This document shows positions 34,902-48,077 of a DNA stretch of 64,000 nucleotides, piece after piece; position 1 is the stretch's first letter, and every line of letters begins with the position of its first letter. The notes below the pieces were generated by a model that worked only from the letters and a program-made list of their open reading frames with translations, was not told the DNA's origin and searched no databases. Location: the NCBI RefSeq assembly GCF_006345805.1, contig NC_043014.1, positions 38,502,001 to 38,566,000 of the forward strand, in the 5' to 3' direction. The position numbers and the translations under genes were made by a program. The DNA comes from Octopus sinensis (lineage: Eukaryota).

Positions 34902-36806
34902 TATGTATGTAGGTAGGTAGGTACATCTATACAAATATTGAATTGATATACAATAATGCCTTAATAAACAAGTTGTTCCAAGAGACCGCTCGTAAAGCAA
35001 AAACTTATAAATCAGAGCAATAATTTCCCATAGAAGCATGTTATAAATCATAATTCATTCCCAGAAAAATATTTTACCTATAAAATTTATAATACTCATA
35101 AAAAAAATGGCAATAAAACAACAGTAGGATGTAAAGAATATTTTATGTAAAGTAAAAAGAATGTCAAGATCATTTATAATAAAAATATTATTATAATAAT
35201 CGTTTTCTGAATCACTTTCACTCACACTAGACACATGCACACCATCACTTGTAAACGCAATAGCTGATTCACAAGCTTGTAGTTGGACTAGTAGATTTCT
35301 TTTTAAAAAACAAGTCTAGAGTTGTTTGCTTAGAAGGTTTATTTCACTCTCTATAAATTTCTCAATAACATGCAGAAGCATTTGTTATGGTAGTAGAAAC
35401 TTTTGCACTCCGTTCAAAATTTGGATTTTGTGCTTGAAAAATAAAACTCGTAAACTCGAGGTCTCATACAGTGGGTCCTTGTAAAGTGAGGTATTACAGT
35501 ATATTATCATACTCATCATCATCAGAATCTAGCAGAATTGTCAGCATCCCAGGCAAAATGGCTAAGTGGCATTTCATCAGTTCAAATTTCACCAACATTG
35601 ACTTTGCCTTTCATCCTTTCAGGATCATTAAAATAAGTACCAGTTGAGCACTGGGGTCAATGTAATTGAATTACTCCTCCCCCAAAATTGCTGGCCTTGT
35701 GCCAAAATTTGAAACAAATATCTGTACCGCTGTTTTCCAATTTAGGCAAATATTAGACAGACTTACTAGGGCAGGTTTTCTACAGCTAGATGCTCTTCCT
35801 GTCACAAACCCTCACTTTTTCAAATAATCTATTTTCCATTCCACTGAACCACAGATGTTTATTGAAGCATGGGACATTTGTTTAATGGAGAATGGAAACA
35901 GTGTCACTTTCTGTTTTCTTTCCAAACAGTGTTAACGAGGATGTGTAGAATCAACACACACAGAGAACAGGCTACTGTACAACTTCTGCCTTTCAAGTCA
36001 ACTCAAAGGCATTGGCTTGTCCAAAGCTACACTAGAAGACACTTTCCTAAGATGTCTTGCAGTGGGACCAAACCCAAAACCAAATTATTGCAAAGTAAAC
36101 TTGAGAGAGAGAGAGAGAATAAGAGAGCAGGTAGGAGAAAGAGAGAGAGAGATCAGGTAGCATGCTGTATTTTTGAGCAAAACATTTCATTTCATGTTGC
36201 CTCAGTCCACTCAGCTGTTTGTCTAATGCTTGCCTAAATTGGAAAACAGCTGTACAGATATGTTTCAAATTTTGGCACAAGGCCAGTAATTTTGGGGAGG
36301 GGTATTTCAATTACATGTGCATGTGAAAGAGGAAGAGAGGGGATTAGATAGCACAAGCAACAGACACACACTATGGTAAATTCTAAGTATTCCATAATAT
36401 TTTCTATATGTGGTAAATTTGAGTGGAGGCGCATGGCCTAGTGGTTAGGATGTTGCATGTTATTAGTAGGTCATGGGTTCAATTTCCAGACCAGATGACA
36501 TGTTATGTTCTTGAGCAAAACATTTCATTTTTTGGTTGCCCCAGTCCACTCAGCTGTAAATAGGTAACTTTGCAATGGATTGGCACACAATCAAGGGTGA
36601 AATGGTGATTCAGGAAAATCTCCCAAACAGAGGTCCTGCAGGCCAGGTTTTGTATTCGGCAATCGAAAGGATGAATAATACAACCCATACTGTGAATCCC
36701 AAATGGTTGGGATTGGTTAGTCAACCAGGTCACAGAAGAATGATGATGGTTCATTTGAAGTCCATTCTTCATGTTTGTTTAATTCATACAGACATATAGT
36801 CATATC

Positions 36807-37683
36807 GCCGAGGTTGACTTTGCCTTCCATCCTTTCGGGGTCGATAAATAAAGCACCATTTATTTCACTGGAGTCGATGTAATCGACTTAATCCCTTTGT
36901 CTGCCCTTGTTTGTCCTTTCTCTGTTTAGCCCCTTGTAGGTAGTAAAGAAATAGGTATTTCGTCTGCCGCTACATTCTGAGTTCAAATTCCGCCGAGGTT
37001 GACTTTGCCTTTTCATCCTTTCGGGAGTCGATAAATAAAGTACCAGTTATTTCACTGCGGTCAATGTAATTGACTTAATCCCTTTGTCTGTCCTTGTTTG
37101 TCCTCTCTATGTTTAACCCCTTGTGGGTAGTAAAGAAATAGGTATTTCGTCTACCGCTATGTTCTGAGTTCGAATTCCGCTGAGGTCGACTTTGCCTTTC
37201 ATCCTTTCGGGGTCGATAAATAAAGTACCAATTATTTCACTGGGGTCGATGTAATCGACTTAATCCCTTTGTCTTTCCTCTCTATGTTTAACCCCTTCTG
37301 GGTAGTAAAGAAATAGATATTTCATCTACTGCTACGTTCTGAGTCCAAATTCCACCGAGGTCGACTTTGTCTTTTATCTTTTCGGGGTCGATAAATAAAG
37401 TACCAATTGTTTCACTGGGGTCGATGTAATCGACTTAATCCCTTTGTCTGTCCTTGTTTGCCCTCTCTATGTTTAACCTCTTGTGGGTAGTAAAGAAATA
37501 GGTATTTCGTCTACCGCTACGTTCTGAGTTCAAATTCCGCTGAGGTCGACTTTGCCTTTTATCCTTTCGGGGTCGATAAATAAAGTACCAGTTATTTCAC
37601 TGGGGTCGATGTAATCAATTTAATCCCTTTGTCTGTCCTTGTTTGTCCTCTCAATGTTTAGCCCCTTGTGGGCAATAAAAAAA
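36807..37683 (+). mobile_element. Pentameric array of SINE family B (~185-bp units)
   Basis: Unit starts at ~36806, 36991, 37178, 37353 and 37538. A 21-bp direct repeat flanks the array. Confidence 0.9.
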
Positions 37684-40600
37684 ATACAGACATATAGTCA
37701 TATCACCTGCTGAGTCTTTGAGCATTCTGTGATTAAATGTCACACTTAGACAAAGTAAAAACTGTACTTTAGTACAAGCTCATGTGTTTCTATCTGTATG
37801 TGTGTGTATGCATGTATATTTGTGTGTGGGTGTATGTACATGCATGTGCACATGTATGTGTCTGTTTGTGTGTGTGAGAGAGACAAAAAGAGAGAGTCCA
37901 TATGTACTCAGACATATATCTGTGCACAGATAGATGTACATGTTTAAATAAATCAACAAAACAAACTCATTATCAATAGTATTAGTCATAATAACAGCAG
38001 TAGTAGTAGTAGTTTTAGTATTAACAGAAGCAGCACCAACAACAACAGCTACAAAAGTAACATCGGTAACAGTATTAAGTACTTTATTGTATTAGTATCA
38101 ATAGAAATAACTCCGATAATAATTAGTAGTAATGGTTTCTGGTTTCTGGTTTAGACCCAAAGCCAGCAATTTTTGAGTGGGTGTAGTTGCTACTATCTTC
38201 TTCACTCCCTACAAGTAAGCATTTGACCGATATTTCATTTTATCAAACCTGAAAGGATGAAAACTAAAGCTGACCTTAGTAGCTTTGAACTTAGACTGTA
38301 AAGGGCCCCCTAACTACTTAGCACAGGTCATTTTGTCTAACACTCCAATAATTCTGCCAATCCACCACCCCACCACCACCACCATCATCACCATCACCAT
38401 CATCATCATCATCATCATCATCAGTAGTTGTAGTGGTGGTGATGGTGGTGGTGGTGGTGGTTGTAGTAGTTGTAGTAGTAGTAGTAGTTAATGCACATGT
38501 TCCATGCTGACATGGATTGGCCAGTTTATCAGGATCCAATGGGGTCAAGAACTGCTTTGTGCTCCAGGGTCTTCTTTGGCAAGGTTTCTATGACTGGGTA
38601 CCTTTTCTAACGACAATCATGTTACAGCAAGTACTGGATGTGTTTTTTGGAGTTTTTTTTTTTTTGAGCCACCAACAATAGTGAGACTGTCATGCAGCTT
38701 TCAAGACTACAAACCCCAAGAAAGCAACTTTATGCTAGGAGATGAAGGGTAAAAGATGGGTAAGAATATGACAGAAGGGGCCAGAGAGAAAAAGGTTACT
38801 TGTTGTAAAGAAGCTATATGACTGCTCCCATTTTCTAAGAGAGGGTAAGGCGGGCAGCTGGCAGAAATGTTAGCATGCTGGGCAAAATGCTTAGCGGTAT
38901 TTCGTCTGCCATTACGTTCTGAGTTCAAATTCCACCGGGGTTGATTAAATAAGTACCAGTTACACACTGGTGTCGATATAATCAACTTAATCCGTTTGTC
39001 TGTCCTTGTTTCACCTCTCTGTGGTTAGCCCCATTGCGTCTACCGCTACATTCTGAGTTCAAATTCCGCCAAGGTCGACTTTGCCTTTCATCCTTTCAGG
39101 ATCGATTAAATAAGTACCGAGTTATGCACTGTGGTTGATGTAATCAACTTAATCCGTTTGTCTGTCCTTGTTTGTCCCCTCTATCTTTAGTCCCTTGTGG
39201 GCAATAAAGAAATATGAGAGGGTAAGAGTGAGCAAATGGAACCAGAAAGCAATAGAAGTGGGGGAGTGGGAGATAAATAACAATGCTGAACAGCAGAATA
39301 GTACTGATGAAACGGTAGACAAGAGGAGAATGATGTTGGGCAGATTGCAAAAATGGATAGGGAAGAGAGAGAAAGGCATGATATATGAAGAGAGTAAGAA
39401 CTGTATGGTGATAAAGGGGGATGGACTGCAGTCCATCAATTGGGAATCTAAAAAATAACAGTCTTACAAATTGTAAAAACAATAGCTAAAAAATAACAGT
39501 CTTACCAAGTGAATACAATATGTTTCTCTGTGGAAGTTAAGCAAGGCTGAAACATGTCTATTGTTTTCACTATTTGGCTGTCAAGATTGAATCCATCTAA
39601 TATGCAATGTCTATGTCGTCTAAAAGTTTAACTCCTCTGACCTGCTTTCAGTTATCTCCCTTGTTTTGAGTTATCTCCCTCTTTTTTTAAATTTAAACAC
39701 CCATAAGGAAGAGTTTCTGTTTACTAATTGTTCGGATTATCTCAGTTGATTGAAGTTGTTCATCTCAATTACATACCTGAGACACCCACTATATTTGTAT
39801 TGACCATGCAGAACCCACCTCTCAGGTATTTTCCTTTCAACCATATTACTGACTTTCATTGGCTTGATTGGTACTTATACCAGTAATCCCACAAAGATGA
39901 AAGCATAACAGAGTTTAAGCATAACGAGATTTGAATTCAGAACAAAACAAAACAAAACAAAAAAAAACTACTATCTACTGTTATAACCACTCCACCTGCC
40001 AGACTGCAAGATTATCTGGTCTAATCCATAAATAATCTTAGCACCAGGGTTGCAATCTTCCCAGTCAAAACACCAAACTACTCAATAGCCTTAAGCTGCA
40101 AATAGGTACAATGCGGAGGTAGAGATGACTACTGCATGCAGAAGAACTTGCTTTATAATTAATTGTTTGTTTCTTCTCAAGCCATGTCTGGCTCATAAGG
40201 GCTGGTTTCCTAGTTTCCCCAGTTTCCTTGGAGTATAGGTTTCCCACCTGGATGGGACACTGGTCCATCACAGATGAGCTGCAAGATGCAGGAGGAAAGA
40301 GTGAAAGAAAGTTGTGCCAAAAGAGTCAGCAGAAGTTCGCCATTACCTTCTGCCGGAGCCGTGTGGAGCTTAGGTGTTTTTGCTCAAAAACACACACATT
40401 GCCCGGTCTGAGATTCGAACCCACAATCCCTTGACCGCGAGTCCGCTGCTCTAACCACTAGGCCATGTGCCTCCACTTATAATTAATTATTGATGCTTTT
40501 ATTTGTGTATAGTACAAAGTTGTAATCAAATTAATAATGCTCCAGAGTATCCTACCTTACTGAGATGGGCCAGGTTTGGCCCATCTTAATATGGTTTCTT

Positions 40601-41101
40601 TTTTTTTTTTTTACCCGTTTCAGTTATTGGACTAAGACCAGGCTGGGGCACCACCTTGGAGGAGAATCTTAGTCAAAGAAATAGACCCAACTAATTATTT
40701 TAAGGAGAAAAACAACTACTTTTAAAACTATGTAGTAAGAGTCCTGGATAGTAAAGTTTATTTGTCAACATAACTGTGATACCAGTGCTGGTGGCACGTA
40801 AGAGAACCATCCGAACGTGGTCATTGCCAACACTGCCCCAACTGGCCTCCGTGCCGGTGGCACGTAAAAAGCACCATCCGATTGTGGCCATTTGCCAGCC
40901 TCGTCTGGCACCTGTGCCAGTGACATGTAAAAAGCACCCACTACACTCACGGAGTGGTTGGTGTTAGGAAGAGCATCCAGCTGTAGAAACTCTGCCAGAT
41001 CAGACTGGGCCTGGCACAGCCTTCTGGCTTCCCAGACCCCAGTTGAACCATCCAACCCATGCTAGCATGGAAAGTGGACATTAAACGATGATGATGAAAC
41101 G

Positions 41102-41208
41102 ATAACGTGGCAGTCCTGACTAGGAATATGTTACTACTTTTTAACCCCAGGAAAACATCTTTTCCAGCTGTATCAATAAACCAATCCTAGTCAGGACTGC
41201 CACATTAT
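41102..41208. mobile_element. 107-bp mini-MITE with 24-bp TIRs
   Basis: ATAACGTGGCAGTCCTGACTAGGA ... TCCTAGTCAGGACTGCCACATTAT. Confidence 0.75.
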
Positions 41209-43448
41209 GTTTGCAAATAAACTTCACTAATTATTTTAACTTTGGTACTTATTTTATCATTCTCTTTTGGTAAATCATAAAGTTAAGGGATGTAAACAAA
41301 CCAACACTGATTGTCAAGCAGTGGGGGGAGGGTGACAAACACACACACACACACAAACATGATGGGCTTCCACCTTCTGTCTACCAAATTCACACACAAG
41401 CTCACAAGCCATTGGTTGACCCACAGCTATAGTAGAAGACATTTGCCAAAGATGCTGTGCATTTAGATAATAAAAATTAATTTTTACTCATTAAAGATTC
41501 CTATTGGGGTTTAATTATTTGAATATAACCCAAACAAGAGAATAAAGGGAAATAGGTAAAGACCCCTACCCCTGGTCATGAATGACCATGGGATTGCACC
41601 TAGAAAGTTCCCCTCCAAGGCACAAGTCCGGGCAAGGTTGTTTATGGAAGACCAGCTGTTGCCCATGCACACCAGCCTCTCCTCTCCACGTCACCGATGT
41701 TATCCAAAGGAAAGGCAAAGGCCAATACAGCTTGGCACCAGTGACATCGCAACTCATTCTTACAGCTGAGTGAACAGGAGCAACGTGAAATAAAGTGTCT
41801 TGCTCAAGAACACAACACACAACCCAGTCCAGGAATTGAACTAACTACCTCATGATTAAGAGTCCAATACTCTAACCACTGAGCCATGCACTTTCACAAA
41901 GCCCAGTACTCGGCTGGTATTTATCTGAGTCAATGAGAGAGCCAGTACCTGATTGCTCAAATTGCTAAAAATAGCAGCCAAATCTCTCTAAAATTCCACC
42001 CTAGTACCTTAGAATAGGACATCATCATCTGAACAAGAAACCTCATGGTTGCAAAGAGAGCTTCATAATGACCAACCATACCAGATCGTATAACAGAATT
42101 TTCATTATTTATTTATTTTTACTCTTTTACTTGTTTCACTCATTTGACTGTGGCCATGCTGGAGTACCACCTTTAGTCAAACAAATCAACCCCAGGACTT
42201 TGTAAGCATAGTACTTATTCTATCGGTCTCTTTTACTGAACTGCTAAGTCACGAGGACCTAAACAAATCAGCATCGGTTGTCAAGCAATGTTGGGGGACA
42301 AACACAGACACACAAATACACACACACCACATACACACACACACGTATATACGACAGGCTTCTTTCAGTTTCTGTCTACCAAATCCACTCACAAGGCTTT
42401 GGTCGGCCCGAGGCTATAGTAGAAGACACTTGCCCAAGGTGCCACGCAGTGGGACTGAACCCGGAACTATGTGGTTCATAAGCAAGCTACTTACCACACA
42501 GCCACTCCTATGCAAAGCTATATACTGAATTCTCTGTGTGGATGAGTATATGAAAAGCTGGAATTACCCCCAATATACTACTGGTATTCATTTACTAAAC
42601 CACCATCTAAAGATTAAAGGGAAATTGTAAAACATTTGGCTCCACAGACTGCTATTTCTATTAACACAAGGCACAAGGCAACCAGGGAGATTTTATGTAA
42701 TCAGTTCACCTTCTTCGTGAAAATAGTAACCAGATTTGTCTTTTAACTTTTGTTTCAGCCATTAGACTATGGCCATGCTGGAGCACCATCTTGAAAAATT
42801 TTTAGTTGAAGATATTGACCCCAGTGCTTTTTTTTTTTTTTGAAGCCTGGTACTTATTCTATATGTCCCTTTTGTTGAACTGCTAAGTTATGGGGACGTA
42901 AACACACCAACACCAGTTGTCAAGCAGTGGTGGGGGGAAAAACACAGGCACAAAGATACACGCATATAGTAAAAAGCACCATCTGAACATGGTTGATGCT
43001 AGTGGCCCCTAACTGGCTCCCATGACAGAGGCACAAAAAAATCACCATCTGAATGTGGTCGATGCCAGTGACCTCTGACTGGCTCCTGTGGCGGTGGCAC
43101 ATAAAAATCACCATCTGAATGTGGTCGATGCCAGTGACCTCTGACTGGCTCCTGTGGCGGTGGCACATAAAAAGCACCATCTGAATGTGGTCGATGCCAG
43201 TGAGACCGCTGACTGGCTCCCATGCCAGTGGCACATAAAAAGCACCATCTGAATGTAGTCAATACCAATGACACCTGACTGGTTCCTGTGGCATGTAAAA
43301 TGCACCCACTCCACTCTCGGAGTGGTTGGCGTTAGGAAGGGCATCCAGGTGTAGAAACCTTGCCAGATCTGACTGGAGCCTAGTGCACCCTACTGGCTTG
43401 CCAGTCCTCAGTCAAACCAGCATGGAAAGTGGGCGATAAATGATGATG

Positions 43449-43489
<41 letters not shown>

Positions 43490-43491
<2 letters not shown>

Positions 43492-43680
43492 AAAAATTAA
43501 GAAGAACCACCTTTTATCAATTCAAAATACCAATCATATACATTTTTATTATTTTTTTGCAATTTACTTAATCATTGGTATTTTATTGTTATTTTAATAT
43601 TTCTATTATATGTAATTTTCTAGATGGTGTAATTTAATTGTTCATTTTGAATTGATAAAAGGTGGTACTTTCTAATTTTA
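43490..43680. mobile_element. Penelope-type terminal fragment with a short inverted 3' end
   Basis: 43535-43680 is homologous to 19510-19660, and 43495-43535 is its inverted tail. Sits between (CA)n and (TA)n tracts. Confidence 0.6.
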
Positions 43681-43804
43681 TATATATATATATTATATAT
43701 TATATATTTATATATATATATATATATATTGTGTGAAATTTGATTTAGTATTTCTAAATTGAATTTTTTCCCTGTAAGTTAGGATTAATATTCCCTCAAA
43801 TAAT

Positions 43805-43840
<36 letters not shown>

Positions 43841-44178
43841 TAACTGGATTCTTTCGGTTTCAATCTACCAAATCTATTCACTAGGATTTGGTCAGACTGT
43901 GGCTATCGTAGAAAACACTTGCCCCCAAGGCACTGTGCAGTGTGTAGTTGGGAAGCAAATTTCTTATCACACAGCCACACCAGTGCCTTTCAAATCATGC
44001 ATCCTACCATTACCATATTGAAAAGAAGAGAGAGGAAAGCTTATTCAATAGTCCAAGAAACCCAATGTGAAACAGAATGCTGAGAGAATCATTGGAGGAT
44101 TACCTTTGACCTTAAGTCTTCTCAATCAGAGTGCTGATTTAGACTTTAACACCAACAACAAACTCGTTACCACATGCC

Positions 44179-44248
<70 letters not shown>

Positions 44249-44265
44249 CAGTAGTAGTAGTAGTA
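44179..44265. repeat. (AGT)n microsatellite
   Basis: Seen directly in the sequence. Confidence 0.97.
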
Positions 44266-44679
44266 TTTAGAGTTAGCAAGCAAGCAAGCAAAGGGAAAAG
44301 AAACTAAACAGTTAAACAATGCAGTAAATATTCCAAGAACCAAACCGAAATAAGGCTTTGTCCGAGAAGGAATTGTTTGAGGTAAGCAAGCAATTCGTAG
44401 GGGAAGAAGAGGAGCTGGAAAAAGTAAAAAATAAAAAACAAAACAAGGGTATGGCAGGAATTGCAAAAAAAAAAAATATGAGTAAAGTCGGCAAAGAATT
44501 AAATAAATGACAATAAGCAAGAATGGGAGGAGTTATATTCATATATATCTTAGATTTACTTGATTTAACCTTTTGCCTGTCATATTTACCAGGCATTCAT
44601 TCATCATTTATGATACACATTTTCAATTTATTTTGAGCCACCAGAGTAACTGAGGACTTATGAAAGGAAAGATTTATAT

Positions 44680-45508
44680 GAATCTTTTCCTTTTGAACGG
44701 CACTTTTTAACATAATTTCTAGGTAACTAAAATGTTTTAAACTTCGTATACTGGTAGAATGTGTTTATAAAACATCATTTTCTCTTGGCTTTATTGAGAA
44801 AATTCTATAGTTTGTAAGATATTTCGTCTTTAATTTCGAGCATTTTGGCAATTTTAACCAATCGCTGATGTCCATTTAAGTAAATAACATTCTGTGCATA
44901 ATGAATATGTCCCTCCTTTAAGAAACAGATTGGGTTTATTTACATTTGTGAAGAAAAAAAGATACCCTTCCCCAACCCCTAACTAACCCTAACTCTAACC
45001 CTAAATCTAAAATAGATTGAAATGCAATAGATCGATACTAGGGCCATAATTATGGGTGACATTTTCATTTGACACCGCTAGAAAAAAATCCCATTTTCCA
45101 TAGCGGTGTCGTATGAAATTGTCACCCATAATTATAACCCTAGTATCTATCTATTGCATTTCAATATATTTAAGATTTAGGTTTAGAGCTAGGGTCAGGG
45201 TTAGGGCTAGGGGTGGGGGAAGGGTATCTTTTTTCTTCACAAATGTAAATAAACCCAATCTGTTTCTTAAAGGAGGGACATATTCATTATGCACAGAATG
45301 TTATTTACCTAAATGGAGGTCAGCGATTGGTTAAAATTGCCGAAATGCTCAAAATTAAACACGAAATATGTTACAACATATAGAATTTTCTCAATAAAGC
45401 CAAGAAAAAATGATGTTTTATAAACACATTCTACCAGTATACGAAGTTTAAAACTTTTTAGTTACCTAGAAATTATGTTACAAAGTGCCGTTCAAAAGGA
45501 AAAGATTC
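44680..45508. mobile_element. Complete ~830-bp foldback element with telomere-like motifs in both arms
   Basis: GAATCTTTTCCTTTTGAACGGCAC ... GTGCCGTTCAAAAGGAAAAGATTC, arms of ~400 bp, and CTAACCCTAA/TTAGGG-like tracts at ~44975-45010 and ~45175-45215. Confidence 0.9.
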
Positions 45509-46049
45509 CTTTATATTACTCAAAATTTATGAAACAAGGTCTCACTAAAAATCTGAAAACAAGCATGGATATTTAGGAAAAACTTATGTAAATGCTTTTG
45601 ATAGGCAAAAGGTTAAATAAAGAACTTAATGTACATTAAAAGCAGAGTCTGTGACATTGAATAATAATATACTGTTACAAACTTGATGATATGAAGTTAA
45701 AGCAGTGTTTTTTAAGCTATGGACCCTTTAGTTCCAATTTTACTCAGATGGACACCCCTAGCCAATCGATGTTTAGAAATCCTATTATATTTTTATAATT
45801 AGCTATTGTTAGGAACTGAATAAAAAAAAAATTGTTAAAACATCTTGTGTTTTGTAGAAGTATAACGAATCTATTGCATATAAATTTCAACAGCCAAAAT
45901 CTTATATTGGCCCTCAATGGTCATATGGTTAAGAGACGCTGGATTAAAGCTTGTAAAAATATAATTGATACACACAAACACACATTTATACAGACACACA
46001 CTTTTGGTTGTACAAGTAAGTGAAATAGTAGTACTCAGTACATATAATT

Positions 46050-46360
46050 TCATTTGTTTAATTAGAAGAATCTGCAGTGGAATATATAGTTGGTACAAAG
46101 TGTTGAGGATCACCAAGCATAGATTGACATATTTTGGTCAAATTATGCGGAGAAAATCCCTGGAGAAGGACATCATGCTTGGAATGGTCAGTGGCAAGAG
46201 AGGAAGAGGCTGACCAAGAACCCGCTGGCTTGACACCATCAAAAGTGATATGGGAATGGACATAGCCAATTTGAAAGAAGTGGCCCAGGATAGAACTGGT
46301 TGGAGGACACTGATCCATCGAGTAACATCGAGTCAACTTCAACTGAGCGGATAGATAGAT
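46050..46360 (+). mobile_element. RTE/BovB-like LINE 3' fragment
   Basis: RLTYFGQIMRRKSLEKDIMLGMVSGKRGRG*PRTRWLDTIK..AQDRTGWR, with an in-frame stop. Confidence 0.8.
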
Positions 46361-47470
46361 ACAAGGTGTTGATGTGGCTGCATGTATGTTAATACAAGAG
46401 TTCATATAGAGATGAAAGAATAAATTCAAGATCTATATATTTACTACATAAGAATATATTTTATTCCTTTATCGATGATGATACATAGAATCAAATTGTA
46501 GAATCTAATTGAATGAAGTAATCTATGCAAGAAAGTTCAGAGATAGAAAATGTACAAATAACAGCTAAGTGGTGGTTTTCAGTCATGTGGCATAGAGAAA
46601 TAGACGGATATAGTAATGATGTAAATGGCCCAAAGTCTAATCAACTAAGCTTCTTGAATAATTAAGAATCACATCTCATGACACAGATGCTTCAAGAAAC
46701 ATAGAAAAGGGAGGTTACTCTATGATCTTTCTTTCAAGGGAGATCATTCAACTATCTAGCTACCACTACAAATCTGATGATTTACTCTGACTGTATTCTG
46801 AGTTTCTCACAATAAATAATTATGAGTGAAGGTGCCTGGCTTAGTGGTTAGAGTATCCAGCGCTTGATCATAAGATTGTGAGTTCAGTTCCTAGTAGGAT
46901 GTTGTGTCCTTGAGCAAGACACTATATTTAACATTGCTCCAGTCCTCTCAGCTGGCAAATATGAGTTGTACCTGTAATTTAAAGGGGCCAGCCTTGACAC
47001 ATACTGTGTCACGCTGAATCTCCCTGAGAACTACATTAAGAGTATGCATGTCTGTGGAGTACTCAACCACTTGCATGTTAATTTCATGAGCAGCAAGCTG
47101 TTCTATTGAATGGATCAACTGGAATGCTCCTTACCATAACTGACGGAATATCATCAATAAATGATTACAACAACAAACTCTGAGTAGCAACGGAGTGAAG
47201 TGAGTAACCAGTTTCTTCTAAATACAGTGGAAGCTAATTGTGATCACTTTTCAGATGCTACTTTCTTGATAACAATAACCAGCTTTTAACATTAGGTAAA
47301 TCAAGAGTTTAAGATTCATTAATTTTGAGAACAATAATCACTTGATAACATTATTTTCTAATATAATAACCAGCTTCTACAATGTATGTGTATATTATAT
47401 GTATGTGTGTATATCTGTGTATGAAAGAGAGAGAGGGAGAGGAGTGGGGAGAGAGAGAGAGAAAAGACTA

Positions 47471-48077
47471 TTGGTTTTCAACCAGGGTTCATATGACCCT
47501 TGGTGGGATCCACATAAGATTTTGTTGTTAAAACTTATCTGCAATAAACTGGTTATCCTTCAACAAAACACAAAACATTTTAACTTTTGTTGTATCTGGG
47601 GAGAGTCATTTTCTTTTTGTGCCTTATAATGTAACATACTCACCGGTAAAATTTCCACTTTTTTCTTTCTTTTTTTAAAATTTTTATTTTCCTTAAAATT
47701 TTCGTTGCGTCTTGCAAAACTATTGAAAAGGTTGCAAGATGCAATGAAAATTTTAGGAAAATAAAAATAAATAAAAAAAGAAAGAAATAAGTGGAAATTT
47801 TACCAGTGAGTGTGTTACATTATAAGGCACAAAAAGAAAATGACTCTCCCCAGACACAACAGAATATGCTTCAACACACGAACTCATATAAAGAACCTTG
47901 CAAACCTAATCCAAAATTGAAATATTTTAAACTTTTCTTTTTCATACAATTCATAATGATATATAAGTATAAAAATATAATGGGACTTTTTCTAAACATT
48001 AAATGCTTATTAGGGTCCAATGGAGTAAAATAGGAATCAAAAGGGTCTATAGGCAAAAAAAAAAATAGTTGAGAACT
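47471..48077. mobile_element. Degenerate hAT-like MITE containing a nested ~255-bp palindrome (47597-47850)
   Basis: Ends resemble CAGTGGTTCTCAAC TIRs. Internal TCTGGGGAGAGTCATTTTC...GAAAATGACTCTCCCCAGA inverted repeat. Confidence 0.55.

Noticed and set aside
36807-37683. CRISPR-like regular repeat arrays (also 18690-19230, 17020-17720, 60886-62044)
   Set aside because: Whole units repeat with no unique spacers, there are no cas genes, and the context is a eukaryotic intron-containing locus.
44975-45215. Chromosome end or true telomere array
   Set aside because: Only a few degenerate TTAGGG-like units, embedded symmetrically in a foldback element.
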